DNA of 64,000 nt, taken from positions 62,001 to 126,000 of the forward strand of contig NIVC01001353.1 in the NCBI GenBank assembly GCA_002269645.1, read 5' to 3'. The DNA is from Macrostomum lignano. Its lineage: Eukaryota. The position numbers were made by a program, and so were the translations under genes. A model generated the notes under the pieces. That model had not been told where the DNA came from. It was given only the letters and a program-made list of their open reading frames with translations, and searched no databases. Numbering within the stretch: the first letter of the stretch is position 1; every line of letters starts with the position of its first letter. Shown piece after piece: positions 23,563 through 35,116 of this stretch.

Positions 23563-26500
23563 ATAAGAGAATAACACAGGCATGCCAGTTGTCAGTATAA
23601 CACTGATAAGAGAAAAACACAGGCATGCCAGTTGTCAGTATAACACTGATAAGAGAATAACACAGGCACTGCCAGTTGTCAGTATAACATTGATAAGAGG
23701 ATAACACAGGCATGCCAGTTGTCAATATAACATTGATAAGAGAATAACACAGGCATGCCAGTTGTCAGTATAACATTGATAAGAGAATAACACAGGCATG
23801 CCAGTTGTCAGTATAACACTGATAAGAGAATAACACAGGCATGCCAGTTGGCACTGAATCAGCTGGGTGTTGCAAGTTCGCATCAGACGGGAATCAAAAG
23901 TCAATATAAAATCTCATTAACGAGCAGCTCTTCAGAGTCTGCCTGATTTTGCTGTTGCTGAAGCAGCTCGTCACTCACAGGCGGCTCCCAGACGGCTCAG
24001 CCGCACCCGGCCCTGCCGCTCCGCGTTGCCGCCAGAGGAGGTGGCGCAGCCAAAGCCGCCGCAGAAGGAGCCGCCACCGCCACCTCCGCTGCGTGGAAAT
24101 GTGCTAGCTCCGCCTCCACTGAAGCCGCCTCCGCCGCCGCCGGCACCATGGCGACGATGAACGCAGCAGCCGCCGCCAGCGCCGCCTCCGCCGAAGCCGC
24201 CGTCGCCGGTCGGGCAGGAGCCGCTGCGCGCTCCGCCCAGCCAACCGTCGCCGAGGCTGAGCCCGGGACCTCCGGGATGAAGGAAGGACTCGCTGCTGGG
24301 CTGAGCCGAGCCGCTCCAGCCGGCGCCGGCACCGCCGCAGGAATACTCCGGATAGTAAGTGTACCTGTTGGACGACACCCGGCCCGGCTGTCCGCCAGCG
24401 CCACCGGGGCCGGAGTACTTGGAGCCTCCAGGATTGCTGCTCGTGCCGCTTGTAGAGCCGCTGCCATTCATGCCTGCGAAATGTCAGAGGAAATCGCATT
24501 CAAATCTGCGATGCAACAAGCTGTGATGAAGTTAATTATTCTCAACTCTCATCCCCTGTGCTCAGCCTGCATGCTTCAAGATGATTGGCTCAAATGACTC
24601 AAACTTCTACGCATTTCTGGACTCGCATCAGCTCACCAGCATATATCCTTGAGGCTCCACCGCCACCTCCCGCGGCCACGAGCAGCTGCTGACTGTCCGA
24701 GCCGTTGCTGACGTACACGAAGCTGCCGCCTCCGCCGCCAGCGCCGGAGTCGCAGGCCGAGTCGCCGCCCGCCTGGCCGACCAAAATTTCCAGTCGGACG
24801 CCGGCGGCCAGGCTGAAGCAGCCGGCGGCAGAGGCGCCTCTGGAGGAATTAATTCTGGTTGAGCTGCCCCCAGCGGCTCCGAACGCCTCAATGCGGTAGC
24901 AGCCGGCGAACTTCACGGCAACGCTCTGGACGGAGCCGCTGCGACCTGCGCTGCTGTCTGGAGTGAAGGCGTCAAAGGCGAGAGCCGAAGCTTCGGGTTC
25001 TGCGAACTGAGCCAGCCTCTGCCTCAGGTGCCGTTGCACTTTTAGCACCCAATCACGCCACACTCAACCCCCAACCCCACTAATGTGCTTCACTCACACC
25101 TGTCAGCTTCATTCACACCTGTCAGCTTCACTCACACCTGTCAGCTTCACTCACACCTGTCAGCTTCACTCACACCTGTCAGCTTCACTCACACCTGTCA
25201 GCTTCACTCACACCTGTCAGCTTTACTCACACCTGTCAGCTTCACTCACACCTGTCAGCTTCACTCACACCTGTCAGCTTCACTCACACCTGTCAGCTTC
25301 ACTCACACATGTCAGCTTCACTCACACATGTCAGCTTCACTCACACCTGTCAGCATCACTCACACATGTCAGCTTCACTCACAACTGTCAGCTTCACTCA
25401 CACCTGTCAGCTTCACTCACACCTGTCAGCTTCACTATACACAGACAGGTGTCAGCTTCACTCACACCTGTCAGCTTCACTCACACCTGTCAGCTTCACT
25501 CACACCTGTCAGCTTCACTCACACCTGTCAGCTTCACTCACACCTGTCAGCTTCACTCACACCTGTCAGCTTCACTATACACAGACAGGTGTCAGCTTCA
25601 CTCACACCTGTCAGCTTCACTCACACCTGTCAGCTTCACTCACACCTGTCAGCTTCACTCACACCTGTCAGCTTCACTCACACCTGTCAGCTTCACTCAC
25701 ACCTGTCAGCTTCACTCACTTCGGAGCACCTGCTGGAAAGCCCGACTCCGCAGCTGCGACTCGAAGTCGTCCGCCGTCCACACCGTCACCGCGGCGTCAC
25801 CATGCGAGCCCAGGTGCCTGGTCACGTGACTGCCGTCAGGGCCCGGCTGTCCCAATGACTCATCGTTGATGACGGCCATCAGGCAGACGCGGCTGGTCAT
25901 GTTCACCACCGCAGCAGCGCAGCCTCTCCTTCGGCACCACGTCAGGCACTCGGCATCGGAGCGGAGGCCGGACTCGCTGAACAAGCTGACGCTGAGCGAG
26001 TCGTTCAGCACCAGGGAGCGGCTGGGGACCGAATTGAACTCCTGGCCGCTTGAGGCTGATGCCACTGAAACAGGCGGAGTGCTCAGCACTGAGTGATGCT
26101 GAAACAGGCGGAGTGCTCAGCACTGAGTGATGCTGAAACAGGCGGAGTGCTCAGCACTGAGTGATGCTGAAACAGGTGGAGTGCTCAGCACTGAGTGATG
26201 CTGAAACAGGTGGAGTGCTCAGCACTGAGTGATGCTGAAACAGGCGGATTGCTCAGCACTGAGTGATGCTGAAACAGGCGGAGTGCTCAGCACTGAGTGA
26301 TGCTGAAACAGGCGGAGTGCTCAGCACTAAGTGATGCTGAAACAGGCGGAGTGCTCAGCACTGAGTGATGCTGAAACAGGCGGATTGCTCAGCACTGAGT
26401 GATGCTGAAACAGGCGGAGTGCTCAGCACTGAGTGATGCTGAAACAGGCGGAGTGCTCAGCACTGAGTGATGCTGAAACAGGCGGAGTGCTCAGTACTGA

Positions 26501-26836
26501 GTGATGCTGAAACAGGCGGAGTGGTCAGTACTGAGTGATGCTGTACATCTCAGCCTGACAACTGCAGAAACTTACCGACTGCTCGAAGAAGCAGAAGGCC
26601 CATCAGTGCAGGGAAATGCATTGCAGAAGCTGGGAGAGCCGGGAGAGTTGCTGATGTCGCTGAGGAGTCTGGAGGGGCGCGAGTTCCCGGCGAGGCCGGA
26701 GGCGGGGCTTTTTATGGAGCTCCCGGCAGGCGAGAGATGGGCGAGCGTTCCGGCCAATGGGGCTTTGAGTTCCCGGCCCGTGGAGCGGCTTCTGTTTTTT
26801 TCGGCTGTTTTTGCGTCACCTTGGCAACCGCTGCAG
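23563..26836 (-). repeat. Right arm of the inverted duplication
   Basis: Contains the 43/44-bp (23563-23852), 19-bp (25086-25719) and 34-bp (26065-26543) arrays in reverse, plus gene copy B. Confidence 0.95.
23971..26621 (-). CDS. Secreted PAN/Apple-like + ALK/LTK-type glycine-rich protein, copy B (~404 aa); exons 26621-26576, 26064-25720, 24957-24637, 24473-23971
   Basis: Leader MHFPALMGLLLLRAV; same exon phases and motifs as copy A; intact ORF ending LGAACE-TGA. Confidence 0.85.
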
Positions 26837-26929
26837 CAGATTGGGTAGCTGAGTTGTGGGCTCCGTTGAGCCCACATTTGACTTTTGATATTGAAGTTCC
26901 CAAACTGGCAGACAAAGATCAGGCAAACT

Positions 26930-26988
26930 GGGGCGGGCGGAGCGGGGCGGAGCGGGGCGGAGCGGGGCGGAGCGGGGCGGAGCGGGGC
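26930..26988. promoter_or_regulatory. Tandem GC boxes (GGGGCGGAGC x5) upstream of copy B only
   Basis: A 10-bp repeat matching the Sp1-type GC box, ~310 bp upstream of the ATG and outside the duplicated arm. Confidence 0.35.
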
Positions 26989-27159
26989 AATGTGATTACA
27001 GACAGATTTCATAATCAGATTTATATTCTGTATATGCTACTGGCGCAAAGTTTCAAACAGTAGTATTTTCAAACAATAATGAGCAATAAACAAAGTCTTC
27101 ATTTTTTTCGAATGCATCAGCTCAGGTATGTACGAGCGGTTCATTGAGTACACTGCATA

Positions 27160-27375
27160 CGCGCGCAGTGTCATAAGCGCGCAGTGTCATAAGCGCGCAG
27201 CGTCATAAGCGCACAGCGTCATAAGCGCGCAGTTTCATAAGCGCGCATTTTCATAAGCGCGCATTTTCATAAGCGCGCATTTTTATAAGCGCGCATTTTC
27301 ATAAGCGCGCAGTTTCATAAGCGCGCATTTTCATAAGCGCGCAGTTTCATAAGCGCGCAGTTTCATAAGCGCGCA
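27160..27375. repeat. 16-bp minisatellite (GCGCGCAGTTTCATAA)
   Basis: Direct periodicity. Confidence 0.9.
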
Positions 27376-28399
27376 GTGCTACAAGTGCTCTATTAAAATA
27401 ATTATGTTGGTACAGTAGCACAGCAAGATACGAGCGTACTTTACATGTACTATTTTATGCTTAGGGCTACCTTGCAATGTATCTACTTCGTGTCACTTTT
27501 CACTCCCCAGCGCCCCAGTGCACTGCCTTAGACTTGCCTATCGACTTGCTGCTGCCCATTGCTGGCAACTGCTCTGACTGAAAGATTGCTACTGAAGCGT
27601 TAGTTGGACAGATAGTTAAAACTGAATTCTGAATCATTTTTTCACGGGACAGACAGGCGGCCACTTGAGCACAGATGAGTTCACAGGCTGGTGGTGGGAT
27701 GGGCTGGCAGTGAGGCAGAGTGGAGCAGCTCAGATTCCCAGACCTGCTCAGCCAATTCTGTTGAGCCCACAGCTTATTTTGCTTCAGCGGCAGAGACAGA
27801 GGAAAAGATTTGAGCAGCTCCGAACGGGTCGGGGTCGCTCTTGAAGCAGATTGAAGCAGGCTGAGCTTCATCCCTTCCTCAACCGGCCCCGCAGCTGCCA
27901 AGTGGAGGCGGTGCGGGCCGCTCGCGAGTGAGGGGGAGGCGCTGAGCAGCTGATTGCAGAGTTGCCGCGCCCAGCCCGCTGGAAGAATCCGGCCGCCTGC
28001 GGTTGCTAATGAAATTTTCACAGGCCGCCAAACCCTGCCCGGCTCGAATGTCGGCCCCCCGGGGTCTGGGGAGGCCTCCCACTCGCCCCCCCCCCGGATC
28101 CAGTCCTCGCCTTGGGCTCGCTAATCCCATTGCTGCCGCAAAATATCCGCCCTCTGCCTGCAACCCGCGGATTGTCACGTCGCCCTCAGCCACCGCCTCT
28201 TCTCTCGAGATCCTCTCTCATTCTAACAAAACATCCTCACAGGACTGGCGAACTCAAACGAACTCCCCGGTCCAAATAAGAGAGAAAAGCTGATCGAAGT
28301 CCCGGTGGACCAAAGGCGCGTTTTTACTTCTACTTTTGTTGCAGATCGTTGAGTCCAAGTTCAGTCCGTGCTGAGCTCCTGCTGAGCACAAGAAGAGTA

Positions 28400-29050
28400 G
28401 CTGAACCCAGTCTGAACCCAATCTGAAGCCAAGCTGAACCCAGTCTGAACCCAGTCTGAACCCAATCTGAAGCCAATCTGAACCCAAGCTGATCCAAATC
28501 TGAACCCAAGCTGAACCCAAGCTGAGCCCAATCTGAACCCAATCTGAACCCAAGCTGATCCAAATCTGAACCCAATCTGAATCCAATCTGAACCCAAGCT
28601 GAACCCAAGCTGAGCCCAATCTGAACCCAATCTGAACCCAAGCTGATCCAAATCTGAACCCAATCTGAATCCAATCTGAACCCAATCTGAACCCACTCTG
28701 AACCCAAGCTGATCCAAATCTGAACCCAAGCTGAGCTCAAGCTGAACCCAATCTGAACCCAATCTGAATCCAATCTGAACCCAATCTGAACCCAAGCTGA
28801 ACCCAAGCTGAGCCCAATCTGAACCCAATCTGAACCCAAGCTGATCCAAATCTGAACCCAATCTGAACCCAAGCTGAACCCAAGCTGATCCAAATCTGAA
28901 CCTAATCTGAACCAAATCTGAACCCAATCTGAACCCAAGCTGAGCCCAAGCTGAACCCAATCTGAACCCAATCTGAACCCAAGCTGAACCCAAGCTGAAC
29001 CCAAGCTGAGCCCAAGCTGAGCCCAAGCTGAGCCCAAGCTGAACCGAACC
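28400..29050. repeat. 11-bp minisatellite (CTGAACCCAAT / CTGAACCCAAG)
   Basis: Direct periodicity. Confidence 0.95.
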
Positions 29051-29917
29051 CAGTCCTCAGAATTCCATTGCGATCCACTGCTTTCATTCTGTAGAAACGA
29101 CAAACAGAAACGGAGGCTGAGACATGACAGATGAAGCACAAGTCAGCAAGGCGGATGTGAAAGCTGTTGCAGATGGACAGGCCTGTGCAGCAGTGAGGCT
29201 GAGCAGTCACGGACGGAGGACGGGGGGGGGGAACTGCGTGTGAGAAGAAAAGAGCAAAGGGGATCGAAGGACAGAAGTCGGAGCTGCCTGCTGCACTTGG
29301 AGGTTAAAAAATCATAATCAAGGATGTGTAGAAGAGAGGAAGAGATACAGAGGGCTTCAGGTACCCCCCATCCCCAGTTGGAGCAGGAAATGAAAGGCAA
29401 CACAGAGGCGGCTCGCGCCTAGCTGGCATTTTGAATTCAGTCAGCCGCCGCTCCCGTGTGCTGTACATTCGCCCCGACTGCGAATAAGGATTTCCCTTGG
29501 GACGAGGCAAGAACTCTTTGTTTTCTTCTTATGGCTTAATTTTATATTTTTGCCGCAAAAACAGGCATTGTTTTTTAAGGGCTGGGGTTTAGAGAAACAG
29601 AAAGTAGATATTAATGCCAAATATAGGGCGAATGAGAAGTTTCACTTTTACTGTACTAATAATGTACAACTAAAAATGATACACGCGGCACAGAACGAGT
29701 TAAGCTGATTTCCTGATAGCTGCTGTCCATGGCCGACTGTCTTTCACGTGAAACTCCATTTGCAAGTGCTCGGCTTAGCGTGGAGCTTTAATAGAGGGCT
29801 TTCAAATGCTTGAGCTGAGAGTGATTGGCAGCTTGACGGGGATAGCTCAGGGGACAGGGGAGGGGAGATTGGAAATGTACGGCCGGGTGGAATTTGGGGG
29901 AATCTGGCGGCATCGGC

Positions 29918-30428
29918 TATAGACAGCTGGGAGACATCGGCCATAGACAGCAGCCGAGAGACACTGGCCATAGACAGCAGCCGAGAGACACTGGCCATAG
30001 ACAGCAGCCGAGAGACATTGGCCATTGACAGCAGCCGAGAGACATTGGCCATTGACAGCAGCCGAGAGACATTGGCCGTAAACAGCGAGGAAATATCGGC
30101 CATAGACAGCAGGGAGACATCGGCCATAGACAGCGGGGAAACATCAGCCATAGACAGCAGTGGAGAGATATCGGCCATAGACAGCAGTGGAGAGACATAT
30201 CGGCCATAGACAGCAGTGGAGAGACATATCGGCCATAGACAGCAGGGAGACATCGGCCATAGACAGCGGGGAAACATCAGCCATAGACAGCAGTGGAGAG
30301 ATATCGGCCATAGACAGCAGTGGAGAGACATATCGGCCATAGACAGCAGTGGAGAGACATATCGGCCATAGACAGCAGTGGAGAGACATCGGCCATAGAC
30401 AGCAGTGGGGAGACATCAGCCATAGACA
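29918..30428. repeat. 22-27-bp variable minisatellite (ATCGGCCATAGACAGCAGTGGAGAGAC) just 3' of the 2-TM gene
   Basis: Direct periodicity; begins within ~10 bp of the stop codon at 30436. Confidence 0.9.
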
Positions 30429-30435
30429 GACAAGG

Positions 30436-31137
30436 TCAGACATCTGACTGTCTGGCGTCCCACAAGTCAAAGTCTGAGAAACTCTGCGGAAGAGCTGCGC
30501 CAAGCCGGGCTGGAATCACCAGGGCCGCCACCGGTGGCGGCTGCGGCGACTGCAGAGGCTGCTGTGGCTGTGGCGGTTGCGGCGGTTGCGGCGGTTGCGG
30601 CGGTTGCGACGGCTGCGCGGGCGAAGGCGTTGGCGCTTGGACAGCGCCGTCAGTCAGGTGCGGCGGGTCCTTGCGCGGCACGGCAATCTTGGAGAGCTGC
30701 AAGCTGCGGCGGGCCAGGGCGGCCAGCGCGTCCTGGTCGGAGCGGATGGTGTGATCCAGCCGCTGCACCTGCCGCTTGATGGAGAACTTCAGCGCGTAGT
30801 AATGCACATAGTACACCAGCAGCAGCAGGATGCCCAGCGCGATGAAGGACGAGCAGAAATAGATGGCGGGATAGTCGCCCTCCTTGAGCGACTCGATGCT
30901 GAGCAGCAGGATGAACAGGCCGAGGATGGTCATGATGATGCCCACCATGAGCTCCAGCCAGAGCGCCACGCGGCAGAAGTAGCGCCGATCGTAGCAGAGG
31001 ATCCGCTGCCTGCCGGCCGCCCTGGACGCTCGCGGAGTCCGCCGCCGGGGTGACAGCAGCCGGGCACCGGCCTCGGTGTCCTCGCTCATGCCGCAACGGA
31101 GAGCGCCGCTAGCGGCCGCGGCTGCCGCGGTCGGCAT
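30436..31137 (-). CDS. Small two-transmembrane protein with Pro/Gln-rich C-tail (233 aa; alternative Met at 31089), apparently intronless
   Basis: Two hydrophobic helices (VALWLELMVGIIMTILGLFILLLSI; AIYFCSSFIALGILLLLVYYVHYY); strong GC3 codon bias; family not recognised. Confidence 0.75.
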   Translation of the reverse strand: MPTAAAAAASGALRCGMSEDTEAGARLLSPRRRTPRASRAAGRQRILCYDRRYFCRVALWLELMVGIIMTILGLFILLLSIESLKEGDYPAIYFCSSFIALGILLLLVYYVHYYALKFSIKRQVQRLDHTIRSDQDALAALARRSLQLSKIAVPRKDPPHLTDGAVQAPTPSPAQPSQPPQPPQPPQPPQPQQPLQSPQPPPVAALVIPARLGAALPQSFSDFDLWDARQSDV

Positions 31138-31611
31138 CGGAGCGTCCGGCTGGTGAGTGGGGAATTTCGGACAGAGTCGGTGGCGGGACGGGCGGCCGCA
31201 TGGCGGTGACGGGCCAGCCGGCTGTCAGGGTGATCGGCGGTCGCTGGGTCGGCAGAACCTCTCTGCTCCCCCAGCTCGGGCGGGCGGATCCCATCTAATA
31301 TTGTCCCAATCAGGCGGCCCTCCCGGCGCCGGGAAAAGCCGGCCTCCCTTCCGGAGGGTCGCCGAGAGCGGCCGCGAGGGCTGGGGTGGTGGAGCGGGAC
31401 GAGAAGTGGAAGAAAAAGGAGAGCCGGAAAAAATTCTCTCTCGGAGCCCTTCATCACACTCAGCTCAGCCTCTCAGCGTAGCCAATGGCCCGTCTATCCC
31501 CCTGAGTGTAGCCGCGGAGCATCGAACTTGTCATCTGGATTGCCGTGGAGCTCAAACTGTACAAACTGTGGTGAAGTGTTTCCAGAGGATGCTTCAGCAA
31601 TAAGCTGTCTG

Positions 31612-32368
31612 CGCCGCCTACTCCAGATACTGCTGGTGCCGCCTACTCCAGATCCTGCTGGCGCCCCCTACTCCAGATCCTGCTGGCGCCCCCTACTCCA
31701 GATCCTGCTGGCGCCCCCTACTCCAGATACTGCTGGCGCTGCCTACTCCAGATACTGCTGGCGCCCCCTACTCCAGATACTGCTGGCGCCCCTACTCCAG
31801 ATACTGCTGGCGCCGCCTACTCCAGATACTGCTGTTATCCATGGCGCCGCCTACTCCAGATACTGCTGGCGCCGCCTACTCCAGATACTGCTGGTATTCC
31901 ATGGGGCCGCCTACTCCAGATACTGCTGGTATTCCATGGCGCCGCCTACTCCAGATACTGCTGGCGCCGCCTACTCCAGATACTGCTGGTATTCCATGGC
32001 GCCGCCTACTCCAGATACTGCTGGTATTCCATGGCGCCGCCTACTCCAGATACTGCTGGTATTCCATGGCGCCGCCTACTCCAGATACTGCTGGCGCCGC
32101 CTACTCCAGATACTGCTAGTATTCTATGGCGCCGCCTACTCCAGATACTGCTAGTATTCCATGGCGCCGCCTACTCCAGATACTGCTAGTATTCTATGGC
32201 GCCGCCTACTCCAGATACTGCTAGTATTCTATGGCGCCGCCTACTCCAGATACTGCTAGTATTCCATGACGCCGCCTACTCCAGATACTGCTGGCGCCCC
32301 CTACTCCAGATACTGCTAGTATTCCATGGCGCCGCCTACTCCAGATACTGCTAGTATTCCATGGCGCC
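31612..32368. repeat. 25/35-bp compound minisatellite (GGCGCCGCCTACTCCAGATACTGCT +/- GGTATTCCAT)
   Basis: Direct periodicity. Confidence 0.9.
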
Positions 32369-32595
32369 GCCAGGCCGGCCGGCACACCGGAAGCCGCCGC
32401 CGCCCCTCCCTCCGGGCCACTCACTTATTCACGCGCTCTCTCGCGCTGGCTCAGGCGGTTCCGCTGCAAAAGGCTTGGAGGGCTCGAGAAGTGCGGCGCC
32501 CCCACCCCCCTGGCCCGGGCGCTGCACTTCATCATCACCCACTCAGCAGGCGGAAGCTGCGCCTGTGAGCCGCGGTTCCGCAGATTTCTGCTCAG

Positions 32596-32598
<3 letters not shown>

Positions 32599-32642
<44 letters not shown>

Positions 32643-32643
32643 A

Positions 32644-32722
<79 letters not shown>

Positions 32723-33970
32723 CTCTGCTGATCTCCCGTCTCTGAGTTTTTTCGGATTCCTCTTGCCTACAGTCTCTACTCATTCTTCCTCCTCCCTGTT
32801 CGCCTCTCCCCCTCTCTTCCCGCTGCTTCTTTTCTCCCTTCGTCTCTTATCTTCTTCTCCTGGTCTATCCCTTCTTGCTCCCTCTCCCTGTCTGCCTCTC
32901 CTTCTCTCCCTGTCTGTCTCTCCTTCTCGTCCTGTCTGCCTCTCCTTCTCTCCCTGTCTGTCTCTCCTTCTCTCCCTGTCTGTTTCTCCTTCTCTCCCTG
33001 TCTGTCTCTCCTTCTCGTCCTGTCTGCCTCTCCTTCTCTCCCTGTCTGCATCTCCTTCTCTCCCTGTCTGCATCTCCTTCTCTCCCTGTCTGCCTCTCCT
33101 TCTCTCCCTGTCTGCCTCTCCTTCTCTCCCTGTCTGTCTCTCCTTCTCTCCCTGTCTGTCTCTCCTTCTCTCCCTGTCTGCCTCTCCTTCTCTCCCTGTC
33201 TGTCTCTCCTTCTCTCCCTGTCTGTCTCTCCTTCTCTCCCTGTCTGCCTCTCCTTCTCTCCCTGTCTGCATCTCCTTCTCTCCCTGTCTGTCTCTCCTTC
33301 TCTCCCTGTCTGTCTCTCCTTCTCGTCCTGTCTGCCTCTCCTTCTCTCCCTGTCTGTCTCTCGTTCTCTCCCTGTCTGTCTCTCCTTCTCTCCCTGTCTG
33401 TCTCTCCTTCTCTCCCTGTCTGTCTCTCCTTCTCTCCCTGTCTGTCTCTCCTCCTCTCCCTGTCTGTCTCTCCTTCTCTCCCTGTCTGTCTCTCCTTCTC
33501 GTCCTGTCTGCCTCTCCTTCTCTCCCTGTCTGTCTCTCCTTCTCTCCCTGTCTGCCTCTCCTTCTCTCCCTGTCTGTCTCTCCTTCTCTCCCTGTCTGCC
33601 TCTCCTTCTCTCCCTGTCTGTCTCTCCTTCTCTCCCTGTCTGTCTCTCCTTCTCTCCCTGTCTGTCTCTCCTTCTCTCCCTGTCTGTCTCTCCTCCTCTC
33701 CCTGTCTGTCTCTCCTTCTCTCCCTGTCTGTCTCTCCTTCTCTCCCTGTCTGTCTCTCCTTCTCTCCCTGTCTGTCTCTCCTCCTCTCCCTGTCTGTCTC
33801 TCCTTCTCTCCCTGTCTGTCTCTCCTTCTCGTCCTGTCTGCCTCTCCTTCTCTCCCTGTCTGTCTCTCCTTCTCGTCCTGTCTGCCTCTCCTCTCCCTGT
33901 CTGCATCTCCTTCTCTCCGTGTCTGCATCTCCTTCTCTCCCTGTCTGCCTCTCCTTCTCTTATTGTCTGC
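32599..33970. repeat. (CTGT)n microsatellite (32599-32722) and 22-bp pyrimidine minisatellite CTCTCCTTCTCTCCCTGTCTGT (32870-33970)
   Basis: Direct periodicity; extreme purine/pyrimidine strand asymmetry. Confidence 0.95.
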
Positions 33971-34591
33971 CTTTTCTTCTCCCTCTATCCTTGTATCTCA
34001 TATATTTTCCCTCATTTTCCATCTGTTCCCCACCCCTTCATCTTCATTCTTCTTCCGCCGCTCTTCAGTTTCTGAGCAGGCCGCGCAGTTCAGCGGCCAA
34101 AGGCTTCAAACCCTCGAATTAGAAATCCTGGCCCGGCTGGGGGGGGGGGGGAGGGAAACGTGCAAAGGGAGCCGGGATTGCGGATCCCGGGAAATCCCCC
34201 GACCCCCCCCCCCCTTTGGGTCAGTTGAGAGCCGGGGCGGCAGGCGGCTGGAAAAGAGAAGTCGAATCGAAAAAATCGAATCGGACGTCAAAACCCTGAA
34301 CTGTCAGCGGAGTTCGCATGCAGCTCGCTGCTCTTCCCATCCTCTGCTGCTGGCCGGGTCTCTGCTGCACTTTCTAGGGAAAAGATGGGCAGAACTTTCC
34401 TCTGAGCACTGGCAACGCATTGGGTGGGGCTTGCGGCCGGTGACGGCAACGGAAATATTGATATTCAAATTTGCTAACTTTGGCTGGTCGGACTGACGGA
34501 CTTGAAGAGTGGCGTAAAAGCCAGAAATAAGAAATTTTTTTTATCACTTCTGAAAGCTTTTGTCACCGAAACCTTGTCACCAAAGTCTTGA

Positions 34592-34922
34592 TCAGGTCAG
34601 GTCAGGTCAGGTCAGGTGAAGTCTTAGTCAGGTCAGGTCAGGTCTTGGTCAGGTCAGATTAGGTGAGGTCTTGGTCAGGTCAGGTCAGGTCTTGGTCAGG
34701 TCTTGGTCAGGTCTTGGTCAGGTCTTGGTCAGGTCTTGGTCAGGTCTTGGTCAGGTCTTGGTCAGGTCAGATTAGGTGAGGTCTTGGTCAGGTCAGGTCT
34801 TGGTCAGGTCAGGTCAGGTCTTGGTCAGGTCAGGTCAGGTCTTGGTCAGGTCTTGGTCAGGTCAGGTCAGGTCTTGGTCAGGTCTTGGTCAGGTCAGGTC
34901 AGGTATTGGTCAGGTCAGGTCA
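34592..34922. repeat. GGTCA / GGTCAGGTCTT repeat
   Basis: Direct periodicity. Confidence 0.9.
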
Positions 34923-35116
34923 TGTCTGCATCAGGCGGACAAAAAAAGGCTGCCTGAAGTTGCCGATAAAAAAATTGAGAAACAAAACCGGTGCTTCTAT
35001 GCAATTTTGTGCGTAAGTTTAGAAGCAAAAATATATTTAAAAGGCCCGCCCAGCTCATGCAGCACTCATGCATGCACTGCAGGCTCCAGGGCGCAGCTGG
35101 AGCGCGCGGAGCCGGC

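Noticed and set aside
27500-28293. GC-rich ORFs (173, 104, 96 aa)
   Set aside because: No recognisable motifs or consistent splice model; more like a promoter or CpG-rich region.
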